Shown here in pieces: positions 44,834-56,403 of a stretch of DNA of 64,000 nucleotides. The notes below the pieces were generated by a model. It was not told where the DNA came from and made no database searches. It saw nothing but the letters and a program-made list of their open reading frames with translations. Origin of the DNA: an uncultured Pseudomonadota bacterium (lineage in GTDB: Bacteria; Oederibacteriota; Muellerivitia; Muellerivitales; Muellerivitaceae). Both the position numbers and the translations under genes were made by a program. Positions within the stretch are counted from its first letter, which is position 1. Each line of letters begins with the position of its first letter. The stretch lies in NCBI GenBank assembly GCA_963836235.1, contig CAWIIP010000002.1:800001-864000 (forward strand), written 5' to 3'.

Positions 44834-46210
44834 ATGAAAAACCGCTTTATATTGGCTTTTGTTTTCGTTTTAACTGTCGGAACTTCGACCCTTTTCATGG
44901 CCAGCTGTAAAAGGGGAGTTTCCGTGCCGCCACTCGATCCCGGGTCAAGCCCCGCCTCTGCCCCACTCAGCCTGGTGTCTAGCGCGACGTCTACCCCCAT
45001 TCCAACTTTTTCACCGTCCTGCACGCCTACCTCCACTCCAAATTCGGCGGATACGGTTTTGATTCCTGATCCCAATCTTCTCGCCGCGGTGGTGCAGGTC
45101 TTGATTACCAACGGGGTGATTTCCAGTTCCCTCGTTCCCATCACGGCGGCCGATTTGTCCACGATCACCAGCCTGCAGGCTGAAGAAGCGGACATCAAAA
45201 ATGTGCAAGGGTTGCAATATTGCACGGGACTGACATCGCTGGATCTGAATTACAATTCCATAACGGACCCGACGCCCCTCGCGGGCTTGACAGGCCTGAC
45301 TTCCCTTTCCTTAGATGGAAATCAAATCGCCAGTCTCGCTCCCCTTTCCGGACTGACGAACTTGACCTACCTGGATCTAGGCCACAACAGTTTCACCAGC
45401 CTTGCGGGTTTGCCTAACGATCCGAACCTGTTGAACCTCAACCTGGACTGGGACAACCTCAGTGATATCTCCGCCCTTTCCGGCTACACAAGCCTTCAAT
45501 ATCTTTCTTTGTATAACAACCAAATCAGCAATCTCTCGCCCCTGTCCGGTCTTTCAAGCCTCAAAACGCTTGATCTGACGAGTAACGACATTACCGATCT
45601 CTCACCCCTATCCGGTCTGACGGGCCTTCTTGCCCTTTATCTGGACAGTAACTCCTTCACCAGCATTTCGGCTCTCTCCGGACTGACGAACCTTCAAACT
45701 CTTTACTTGGGATTCAATACGATCAGTGATTTCTCCGTTCTTTCCTCCTTTACGAATCTTGAAAATCTCGAATCGATGTATGACAACTTCACCAACGCTG
45801 ACCTTTTGTACTTGTCGAGTCTGACCAGTCTCAAATATCTTGACTTGGAAGGTAATCAAATAAGTGACTTCACGTCCCTCTCCGGCCTAACGGGAATGAC
45901 TTACTTGGATCTATCCTATAACCAGATTTCCAGCATCGCTCCCTTGGCCAACATGACTTTGCTGAAGTGGCTTTACTTGGAAAACAACCAGATCAGCGAT
46001 CTGACGGGCCTCAGTACCAGCATGACGGCTCTTTATTTCATCAATCTGGGCAATAACCTTTTGACCGATTTGAGTGTCTTGGTGAGCATCGATTCCGTGC
46101 TGGCGGCGAACAAGGGTGAGGTAGTCGTGGAAACGGGCAATCCCCTGGGTTCTACCGCCACCAGCACACAAATCCCTGAGCTTGCGGCCGCCGGAGTGGT
46201 TGTGGCTTGA
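44834..46210 (+). CDS. Internalin-like leucine-rich repeat lipoprotein
   Basis: Lipobox MASC; IPDPNL cap; 22-aa repeats L..L.L..NQISDLSPLSGLT. Confidence 0.9.
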   Translation: MKNRFILAFVFVLTVGTSTLFMASCKRGVSVPPLDPGSSPASAPLSLVSSATSTPIPTFSPSCTPTSTPNSADTVLIPDPNLLAAVVQVLITNGVISSSLVPITAADLSTITSLQAEEADIKNVQGLQYCTGLTSLDLNYNSITDPTPLAGLTGLTSLSLDGNQIASLAPLSGLTNLTYLDLGHNSFTSLAGLPNDPNLLNLNLDWDNLSDISALSGYTSLQYLSLYNNQISNLSPLSGLSSLKTLDLTSNDITDLSPLSGLTGLLALYLDSNSFTSISALSGLTNLQTLYLGFNTISDFSVLSSFTNLENLESMYDNFTNADLLYLSSLTSLKYLDLEGNQISDFTSLSGLTGMTYLDLSYNQISSIAPLANMTLLKWLYLENNQISDLTGLSTSMTALYFINLGNNLLTDLSVLVSIDSVLAANKGEVVVETGNPLGSTATSTQIPELAAAGVVVA

Positions 46211-46270
46211 TCCGGCGGGAAACCGGAAGAACGTCCTACAATTCAATAGAAGATAAAAAGGAGAAAACCG

Positions 46271-46501
46271 ATGAAAAAGAACACCACAATTTGGATGCTA
46301 GTGCTTTTCACGGGTTTTGGGAGCGTAGCAATGGCAAAGGCTCCTGAACCCGGTTCCCAGGCAGAGGCCCATCAGGAGCGTTTCTTACAAATGACATCCA
46401 AGGATGGGTTGTCCCGGCACCAAGGTCCCCATAAGAAGAAAATATCAGGCACGGTTAATAAATCTTTGAAACCGGGGTCAATCACCAATCTAAAGAAGTA
46501 A
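46271..46501 (+). CDS. Small secreted basic protein
   Basis: AAGGAG RBS; signal peptide ending VAMA; 76 aa. Confidence 0.55.
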   Translation: MKKNTTIWMLVLFTGFGSVAMAKAPEPGSQAEAHQERFLQMTSKDGLSRHQGPHKKKISGTVNKSLKPGSITNLKK

Positions 46502-46757
46502 CCGGGACCGGTTGTTCAGTCGAAGAAAAAGGGACTTCGCCCGGATATGGAGGAACGGATTGAGAGGGATTTCCAGGGCGCCGTGGAAAGCAGGGTCTGC
46601 ACCATCCCGGCCTATTTCATCAACGGATTCCGCTACGAGGGCTATTGGTCCTACGAAGCCCTCGCGAAAGACCTACAAACGGCCCGAACCTCGACTGGAT
46701 AAAAGATTTTCTGCCTAAAATGTCAAATGACGACCCAACCCCAAAGTCTTCTAATTC

Positions 46758-46949
46758 CTATTTCTTGCCGTTATTACTCGAAGACTGATTTGAACTAGAA
46801 GTTGGTTTGGGATTCATCGCCTGCGGAGGGGCGGGACGTGGCGTTTGAGGCGGGTTATTAACTCCGCCCTTTTTAATCCACCCTTCTTGAAGTTTATTAC
46901 TACTTCCATTTTGGATAAACCCATCATTTCTTTGCTGATCTTTTGCCAT
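46758..46949 (-). CDS. Small low-complexity Pro/Asn/Ser-rich peptide
   Basis: MAKDQQ..KKGGVNNPPQTPRPAPPQAMNPKPTSSSNQSSSNNGKK; GGAG RBS; overlaps the upstream gene's end. Confidence 0.65.
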   Translation of the reverse strand: MAKDQQRNDGFIQNGSSNKLQEGWIKKGGVNNPPQTPRPAPPQAMNPKPTSSSNQSSSNNGKK

Positions 46950-47625
46950 TTTCATTCTCCTTTTTGTTTTTAGTTTCCTTCTCATCTAACCCCAATATTG
47001 GAAAGTCATAAATTAAATCTTTTCTGTCCCTTTCAACAAACAAACCGGAAGTTTCATATAATTTTTTGCCTGTAGAATTTTTGTAAACAATGGCGTCTCT
47101 TAAAAATATACCGTTTTCCTCAGTCGTATCGGGAAAAGCTTCTATCCAGCCTTCGAACATAAGATCGGACTTTAAATCTCTAATTACAACCCAAGGCGGC
47201 ATTTTAGAATTCATAATGTGATCAAAAACGCTTAAAGCCCCAAATTTGTTTGAAATTCTAGCCCATTGGGCAAATCTGTGAAACCAACTTCTTGTTATTA
47301 CGATTGAAAAAAACAAACCTAAAAATACAGAAATTATAGAAACGAAAAATATTTCACGAAAGTTAAGGTTGGTAGTTTTATCGGTAAGATTTTTTATCAG
47401 GTCGCAACTCAAAGTTATCACATTCAACCATGTTAAAATTTTTGTTGTTGCGAAATAAACCAAATATGAAATCAACCCTAACATAAATGAATAAACGCAC
47501 TCTTCATAAAATTCATATTTTTTATGAATAGTTAATTGCTTAATAATAAAAAAAGCTACCAACCCTGGAGTAAATATCAAAAGCAGCCTAAATACAAATT
47601 CAGTTAATTCCATTTCCATATACAA
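46924..47625 (-). CDS. DUF6338-like membrane protein
   Basis: LLIFTPG TM, three TMs, then WVVIRDLK..FEGWI..FLRDAIVY beta domain; low GC. Confidence 0.65.
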   Translation of the reverse strand: MYMEMELTEFVFRLLLIFTPGLVAFFIIKQLTIHKKYEFYEECVYSFMLGLISYLVYFATTKILTWLNVITLSCDLIKNLTDKTTNLNFREIFFVSIISVFLGLFFSIVITRSWFHRFAQWARISNKFGALSVFDHIMNSKMPPWVVIRDLKSDLMFEGWIEAFPDTTEENGIFLRDAIVYKNSTGKKLYETSGLFVERDRKDLIYDFPILGLDEKETKNKKENENGKRSAKK

Positions 47626-47669
47626 ATACCTCTAAAAAAAGAGAGGCTCTCGATTCGAGCCTAATTTTC

Positions 47670-48125
47670 CTACCAGCCTAAACGCATTTTTGAAATGCGT
47701 GATTGTGGTTGCGGCCGAACATAATTTTTGTCCGGGAAAAAATTTTTACATTCTGCTCCAGTTTTACCAACAAATAACAAATTCATTTTCAATCCATCAT
47801 CTTCAAAACATACCCGGCAATACAAACCCGGCTTGTACGTCATCCTCTCTTCTTTGAGTAAATAACAACCATACTGCTGATCGTTCTCGAAGTCGTTTCG
47901 AAGCTTTGATTTAGAATCTTCTTTTTTAAGCCTTTGCTCTAAGTTTTGATTTATTTCTTGGAGTTCTAACACCTCAGTTTTCAAGTGCAAAAGATTTTCC
48001 TTCACACCCAACAGCTCTTCTCGAATCCCGACAACGGTCAATTCCTCTTTAACTTTTAAAGCTCTATTTACAAGGTCCAGGGCAGTTTCAACAGATTTCC
48101 CAATTCCCATATTTTTAAAGGCCAT
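47670..48125 (-). CDS. Hypothetical coiled-coil protein with CxxC Zn-ribbon-like motif
   Basis: AGGAGG RBS; N-terminal coiled coil; YCRVCFE; low GC. Confidence 0.7.
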   Translation of the reverse strand: MAFKNMGIGKSVETALDLVNRALKVKEELTVVGIREELLGVKENLLHLKTEVLELQEINQNLEQRLKKEDSKSKLRNDFENDQQYGCYLLKEERMTYKPGLYCRVCFEDDGLKMNLLFVGKTGAECKNFFPDKNYVRPQPQSRISKMRLGW

Positions 48126-48269
48126 TGGCTACCTCCTTTCGTCTATCCGCTTATACAACTCTGTCAATAATTGATCAAGTAAAAAGTATACGGCTGTATA
48201 CTTTTTACTTGAAAAAAACCAGTCTCCAGAAGAGAGCTGAGCTTTATCGGCCTCGTTTTTCGTCGTCCC

Positions 48270-49964
48270 TCAGTTGCCCAAAACTTCATGGATCTTCTCG
48301 GCCAGTTCCTTGATGGTGAAGGGTTTCTGGATGAAATGGACCCCTTCCTCCAGGAGGTTGGACTCGGCGGTATAACCGGACATGTAAAGGCACTTTAATC
48401 CGGGAAAAACGGGCTGGACCTTCTTGGCCAATTCCATGCCGCTCATCTCGGGCATAATCACGTCGGTGATCAGCAAATGGGCCAGGGAATGATCTCGGAT
48501 ATGCAAAACGGCCTCCCTCGGCGAGGGGTAGGGCAAAACCTTGTAGCCCAGGTTCTTGAGGATTCGGGTGGTGATCTGGAGTATGGCCGGTTCGTCCTCG
48601 ACCAAAAGGATGTTGGTCTGGCCCCGGGCCAGGGGGATCGCGAGACTTTCCGACTGTACCACCGGAAGGGGGCCGTCATAACGGGGCAAGTAGATATCGA
48701 AGGTCGTTCCGATGCCCGGCTGGCTTTTCACCTGGATGAAACCCTTGTTCTGCTGGACGATCCCATAAACCGTGGAAAGCCCGAGGCCGGTCCCCTGCCC
48801 GGGGCCCTTGGTCGTGTAAAAGGGCTCGAACACCTTGGCCATAACTTCCTCCTTCATGCCGCTACCGTTATCGCTCACGGAGAGCCGCAGAAACTGTCCC
48901 GGGTAAAAACCGGGATGCTTGGCGCAATAGGCCTCGTCGAAAGCGGCGGCCCCCGTGGTGATGTCGATTCTCCCGGACCCTTGGATGGCGTCCCGGGCGT
49001 TGACGCAAAGGTTTGTCAGGATCTGGTCGATGTGGGTGGACCCCACCCGGACCCTTCCCGGCTCGCCCCGGAGGCGCAGGGACAATTGAATATTCTCGCC
49101 CAGGATGCGCTCGAGGAAGCGAATCAAGCTGTTGACCGCCTCGTTCAGGTCCATCACCTTCAGCGTCACCGTTTCCTTCCGGGCGAAGGTCAGCAGCTGG
49201 CGGGTCAGGTCGACGGAACGCCGGGACGCCTCCAGGATTTTTTGGAGGTCGTCGCGCAGGGGGTCGTCCGGTTTCATCTGGCTGCGCACCAGGTCGGTGT
49301 AGGAAATGATCACGGTGAGCATGTTGTTGAAGTCATGGGCCACGCCGCCGGCCAGGCGCCCGATCGATTCCATTTTTTGGGCCTGGAAAAGCTGGTCGCG
49401 CAGGCTTTCCCTCTCCTCCTCGCTCTTCAAGCGCTCCGCGTTTTCCCTTTCCAGTTCCCGGATCGTGCTCTCCAGCTGGGTCATCTTGGTCTCCAGCTTG
49501 CGGATCAGGGCCTCGTTGTATTGCTTCAGGTACACCGTTTCTTCCACCGGCGCCCCCTCCCCTTTTTCCCCCGGCACGGAAAGGCCCTTCACCCTTCCCA
49601 ATATCCCTTGGATGGTCTTGCGCAAGGACTCCGGCTCCTCCGGCTTGACGATGAAGGCCTCCGCCCCCAGGCTCAGGGCGAATTGCCGGTCCCTTTCGTC
49701 GGTATAGGTGGCCGTGTAAAAAACAAAGGCGACCGGCGCCAGGCGGGGGTTCTTTTTCCACTCCCGGCAGAGGGTGAACCCGTCCATGACAGGCATTAGG
49801 ACGTCGCTGATGACCATGTCGGGCGGGTTGAGGAGGGCTTGGGCCAGGGCCTCCGCGCCGTTGGGGGCCGTGGAGACCTCGTATCCGTCGGCCTGCAACA
49901 GGGCGCGTAAAAGATAGATGTTCTCCTCGTGGTCGTCCACGATCAGGATGCGGCTTGGGCTCAT
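48270..49964 (-). CDS. Hybrid sensor histidine kinase (REC-HisKA-HATPase-REC)
   Basis: QAQKMESIGRLAGGVAHDFNN, NARDA, GTGLGL; receivers at both ends. Confidence 0.95.
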   Translation of the reverse strand: MSPSRILIVDDHEENIYLLRALLQADGYEVSTAPNGAEALAQALLNPPDMVISDVLMPVMDGFTLCREWKKNPRLAPVAFVFYTATYTDERDRQFALSLGAEAFIVKPEEPESLRKTIQGILGRVKGLSVPGEKGEGAPVEETVYLKQYNEALIRKLETKMTQLESTIRELERENAERLKSEEERESLRDQLFQAQKMESIGRLAGGVAHDFNNMLTVIISYTDLVRSQMKPDDPLRDDLQKILEASRRSVDLTRQLLTFARKETVTLKVMDLNEAVNSLIRFLERILGENIQLSLRLRGEPGRVRVGSTHIDQILTNLCVNARDAIQGSGRIDITTGAAAFDEAYCAKHPGFYPGQFLRLSVSDNGSGMKEEVMAKVFEPFYTTKGPGQGTGLGLSTVYGIVQQNKGFIQVKSQPGIGTTFDIYLPRYDGPLPVVQSESLAIPLARGQTNILLVEDEPAILQITTRILKNLGYKVLPYPSPREAVLHIRDHSLAHLLITDVIMPEMSGMELAKKVQPVFPGLKCLYMSGYTAESNLLEEGVHFIQKPFTIKELAEKIHEVLGN

Positions 49965-50350
49965 GGCTTATCCTTTCCCCGTCCGTCCTTAAGATAGCGG
50001 CCGATTTCCTCCGCGAAGGTCGCGGGATTGATCGGTTTCTCGATGTAGCCGTCGCAGCCGGAGGCCATGGCCTTCTCCCGATCGCCCGTCATGGCGTAGG
50101 AGGTGACCGCCACGATGGGCGTGGCCGCCAGGGCGGCGTTCTGCCGGAGGTCGCGGGCGACGGCGTAACCATCCATCGTCGGGAGCTGGATGTCGAGCAG
50201 GATCAGGTCGGGCAAAAGCCTGCCGGCCATTTCCAAACCCATCGGCCCGTCGAGGGCGGTCTGGACCGTGTAACCGTTCTTTTCCAGCAAAAATTTGGCC
50301 AGGTACCGGTTTTGCTCGTTGTCTTCGATGAGAAGGATTTGGCCTTTCAT
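49961..50350 (-). CDS. Single-domain response regulator (DivK-like)
   Basis: ILLIEDN, LLDIQLP.MDG, AVTSYAM.GD, YIEKPI; ATGA overlaps on both sides. Confidence 0.93.
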   Translation of the reverse strand: MKGQILLIEDNEQNRYLAKFLLEKNGYTVQTALDGPMGLEMAGRLLPDLILLDIQLPTMDGYAVARDLRQNAALAATPIVAVTSYAMTGDREKAMASGCDGYIEKPINPATFAEEIGRYLKDGRGKDKP

Positions 50351-52512
50351 TTCGCCCCCCCGGGCAGGACCAGCGTGAAGCGGCTGCCCTTGCCCCACTC
50401 GCTCTCCACTTCGATCTTACCCCCCAACAGTTCAGCCAGGCGCCGGCAGATGGCCAGCCCCAGGCCGGTGCCCTCGTGCTGGCGGGTGAGCCCGGTGTCG
50501 ATTTGTTGGAAGGAGTGGAACAGTTTCCCCAGGTCCTCCCGCTTGATGCCCATGCCCGTGTCGGCCACCCAAAGGCGGGCTTGCCCTTCTTTTATGGAAG
50601 CCCCCAGGGTGACGGACCCTCGTGGGGTGAACTTGATGGCGTTGTTCAGGAGGTTCAGGAGCACCTGTTCGACCCGGCGTGGGTCGCTGACAAAGCTTCC
50701 GACCTCAGGGGCGATCTCCAGGCGCAATTCCAGCTGTTTTTTCGCCGCCAGGGGGCCAACCAGGGAAGCGGCCTTGCGCAGGGAGGCCAAAAGGTCGAAG
50801 GACTCGGGGAAAACCTCCATCTGGCCCGCCTCGATCTTCGAGATGTCCAGCACGTCGTTGATGAGCGCCAGCAGGTGCCGGGCGCTTTCCTGCGCCATGC
50901 CCAGCTGCTTTTTTTGCTCGGCGTTCAGGGGCCCGGCCAGTTCCTGCAAAATGAGGCCCGTGAAGCCGATGATGGAATTCAAAGGCGTACGAAGCTCGTG
51001 GGACATGGTGGCGAGGAAGGCGGATTTCAGCCGGTCGGCCGCCTCCGCCCGGTCCCGTTCGACGGCCAGTTCGGCGGTGCGCTCGGCCACGCGCTTTTCC
51101 AGGCCGGCGTTCAGCTCCCGCACCTCGTCCTCGGCGCGCTTGCGCCGCGTGATGTCGGTCCCGATACTCAGGATTTCCACCACCTCCCCCCGGCCGTCCC
51201 TTACGATCTTGTTGGTCCAGGCGATCCAAACCCGCTCGCCGTTGCGGCGGATGTTCTCGTTGACGCTCTGCTCAAAGGAGGCCGGATCGGCGAGGATCTG
51301 CTCCATAAGCTGGCTCAGGTCCCGCCCGCCGGTCTCCGAGGGGGGGACGATGGTCTCCATCACGTGCTTGCCCAAAATCTCCTCGGAGGAATAGCCGAAG
51401 AACTTCTGGCCGTACTCGTTGAGGAAGGTGAGCTTCCCTTCCCTCGTCCAGCGCAGGATGATGCTGTTGGCGTTCTCCACCAGTTCCCGGTACTTGCGCT
51501 CGTTCTCTTTCAGCCTTTCCTCGGACTGGCGGCGTTCGGTGATGTCGTGGACCACTCCGATCAGGTGGCGGCAGGCTCCCTTGGAGTCGTCCACGGGCAC
51601 GACCGTGACGTAACCGTACTTTTTCCCGATCGGGTACTCGGAAACTTCCTCCCAGGAGACGGACCTTTTGCTTTGGATGGCCTCCCGGTAATGGCCGAAG
51701 ACCAAGGCGTGGGCGGGCTCGGGGATCACCTTCGCGACGGACATCCCGACGATCTTTTCCATCGGGACTCCCGTCACGTCCAGGAAGCGTTGGTTGACCC
51801 AGGCGAAGCGGAAATCGCCGTCCGGCTCCACGGAAATGGAGAAGATGATGTCGGAAACATTGTTCAGGATGAGCGAGAGCCGGGTTTGGCTGTCGCGGAG
51901 GTTGTCCTCGAGCCGGGCGTGCTCGGCGGCGGTGCGAAGGGCGGTGATGCCGAAGGCAAGGTCGCCCGCCATCTCGGCCAAAAGCCCGATCTCGGCCTCG
52001 TCGAAGGCCTCGACCTGCAGGGAATAGATGGTCATGGCCCCGAAGATTTTTCCCCGGTCCGCGAGGGGCAAGGAAATGCAGGAAGCGTAGCCCCGGGCCT
52101 CGACTTCCTTGCGCCAGGGGACGAAGTCCGGGTCCTTGGTGATGTCGTGGATGAAAACCGGTTTCCCCGTGCGCACGGCGACCCCCGTGGGCCCCTTCCC
52201 GTGTTCCGTCTCATCCCATGTGATCTTGGTTCGGTAGAGAAAGCCGTCGGTGGGGCCCGCGTGGGCGATGGGGCGCACCTTTTTTTCCCCATTCTCCATC
52301 TCTGCGAAACCCACCCAGGCCATCCTATAGCTTCCCTTTTCCACCAGGATGCGGCAGATGGATTCCATCAGCTCGGTCTCATTGGTGGCTCGAAGAAGGG
52401 CTTGGTTACAACCGCTGATCAGGCGCAGGGTGCGGTTCTCACGGCCTAAAGCGGGGCCAACTCCTTCTTTCGGGTCGGCGGTTAAAGGTGTGGTCGGGGG
52501 TTTTCGGTCCAA
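50347..52512 (-). CDS. GAF-PAS-PAS sensor histidine kinase
   Basis: GAF with GPTG; two PAS domains ending DITER/DITRR; MSHELRTPL, NAIKFT, GTGLGL. Confidence 0.95.
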   Translation of the reverse strand: MDRKPPTTPLTADPKEGVGPALGRENRTLRLISGCNQALLRATNETELMESICRILVEKGSYRMAWVGFAEMENGEKKVRPIAHAGPTDGFLYRTKITWDETEHGKGPTGVAVRTGKPVFIHDITKDPDFVPWRKEVEARGYASCISLPLADRGKIFGAMTIYSLQVEAFDEAEIGLLAEMAGDLAFGITALRTAAEHARLEDNLRDSQTRLSLILNNVSDIIFSISVEPDGDFRFAWVNQRFLDVTGVPMEKIVGMSVAKVIPEPAHALVFGHYREAIQSKRSVSWEEVSEYPIGKKYGYVTVVPVDDSKGACRHLIGVVHDITERRQSEERLKENERKYRELVENANSIILRWTREGKLTFLNEYGQKFFGYSSEEILGKHVMETIVPPSETGGRDLSQLMEQILADPASFEQSVNENIRRNGERVWIAWTNKIVRDGRGEVVEILSIGTDITRRKRAEDEVRELNAGLEKRVAERTAELAVERDRAEAADRLKSAFLATMSHELRTPLNSIIGFTGLILQELAGPLNAEQKKQLGMAQESARHLLALINDVLDISKIEAGQMEVFPESFDLLASLRKAASLVGPLAAKKQLELRLEIAPEVGSFVSDPRRVEQVLLNLLNNAIKFTPRGSVTLGASIKEGQARLWVADTGMGIKREDLGKLFHSFQQIDTGLTRQHEGTGLGLAICRRLAELLGGKIEVESEWGKGSRFTLVLPGGAK

Positions 52513-52777
52513 AAGAATACACCTCGTACGGTTACGGTAGATGGAAAAACCGGGCCCTCGAATCCGCGCCGGACACCGGACATTTTACTTTCAAACCCGA
52601 AAATATCTTATAGGCAATTCCGCTGAAATCGTCTTCTATTCCACCCACCCCGGTTGGCGGGCCAAAAAAAGCTCAAGAACTGGCGTCTGCCAGTTTGCGC
52701 GTCATTGTGGGAAGGTTGATTTTTGACCGTGGAAGCGATCCAAAACAGTCCAAAAGCTGGGTTTTAGTGGGGACTTC

Positions 52778-52994
52778 AATAAAAAACCGCCACCCTGCTT
52801 CGCTTACAGGGGAAATGACCCCTGTATACCCCTTTCGAAAACCCTAAGGGGGCTCAGCCCCCTTAGAATCCCGAGGCCGGGAAATAAAAAAGCCCGCACC
52901 CTCGCTTCGCTCACAGGGGAATTTACCCCTGTGTACCCCATTCAAGAAAAACCATAGGGGAGCTCTGCTCCCCTATAACCCCCTGAGGGCGGGA
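52778..52994. repeat. Tandem structured repeat (2 units of about 105-112 bp), each with two hairpins inside an outer stem
   Basis: Units begin AATAAAAAA at 52778 and 52883; hairpins show compensatory substitutions between units. Confidence 0.85.
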
Positions 52995-53033
52995 AATAAA
53001 AAAGCCCCGCCCTCAGTTAAGAGAACGGGGCTT
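52995..53033 (-). terminator. nrdJ intrinsic terminator
   Basis: Minus strand AAGCCCCGTTCTC-ttaact-GAGGGCGGGGCTT-TTTT. Confidence 0.8.
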
Positions 53034-53085
53034 ATCGGCCTGATTTTAAAACGCTCCTTTGTTCAAAAGGAACGGTGAAAGTCTA

Positions 53086-55866
<2,781 letters not shown>

Positions 55867-56107
55867 GCATCCTCCTTAAAATAATTTGAAGCCAAAAATT
55901 CCCGCCTGAGGTTAACTTAGGGTTAACTCAGTGTTGGAATCATGGGTTGTTGTGGATGTCGTTGTGAGTTCGTGTGGAGAGCAGGCGATAAGTAGTTGAG
56001 GCGAAGCGGACGGATCCCCCGGTTTAAATCCCCCCTTTTTTGGCGCTAGAACTTCTTCCCCATTCACACCAAAAAGGCCGACCAAATAGGGTTAAAATCG
56101 TTATTTA

Positions 56108-56160
56108 ACACCACATTTAGTTGACGATCCGTTTATATACCCCCAGCGGTAGGCTGTCAA
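56108..56160 (-). promoter_or_regulatory. nrdJ sigma70 promoter with candidate NrdR box
   Basis: Minus strand TTGACA(56160-56155)-N17-TATAAA(56137-56132); ACACCACATTTAGTTG at 56108-56123 matches the NrdR consensus ACACWATATATWGTGT at 11/16. Confidence 0.7.
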
Positions 56161-56204
56161 AGGAATTATTACTAATTTTTCTACAAAGTCATACCTAACA
56201 GCTT

Positions 56205-56330
56205 TTGAACCACGAAGGCACAAAGGGCAACAAGGGAAGCAAAAGATTAGAAAGTTATTAAGAATAATCATGAATGTTTTCCGTGATTTCCAGGGTCTTT
56301 CTTAGTGCCCTTCGTGTCTTCGTGGTTCAA
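56205..56330. repeat. 30-bp imperfect inverted repeat enclosing 66 bp (MITE/REP-like)
   Basis: TTGAACCACGAAGGCACAAAGGGCAACAAG (56205-56234) vs reverse complement of 56301-56330, TTGAACCACGAAGACACGAAGGGCACTAAG. Confidence 0.75.
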
Positions 56331-56403
56331 TAGGTTTTTCTTCGTCTTTAGTTGACGCCCTCCCCTTTCAGTTCCGCCACCAAAGTTTTTGGACCTTCGG
56401 TCA

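Larger units (their letters stand above)
44212..46683. repeat. 136-bp direct repeat (dsbA-like 3' end) at 44212-44347 and 46548-46683
   Basis: TGGAGGAACGGATTGA..CATCAACGGATTCCGCTACGAGGGCTATTGGTCCTACGA..GACCT present twice, ungapped. Confidence 0.9.

Noticed and set aside
41832-46683. Diversity-generating retroelement template/variable repeats
   Set aside because: Differences between repeat copies are not adenine-specific and there is no reverse transcriptase in the window.
39000-48240. Integron cassette array
   Set aside because: Mixed gene orientations, no convincing attC sites and no integrase.
52778-53033. Possible CRISPR array or tRNA
   Set aside because: Whole units are homologous with no unique spacers; no cloverleaf or T-loop consensus.
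55867-56125. Cobalamin riboswitch upstream of B12-dependent nrdJ
   Set aside because: Could not find the conserved B12-box elements by eye.
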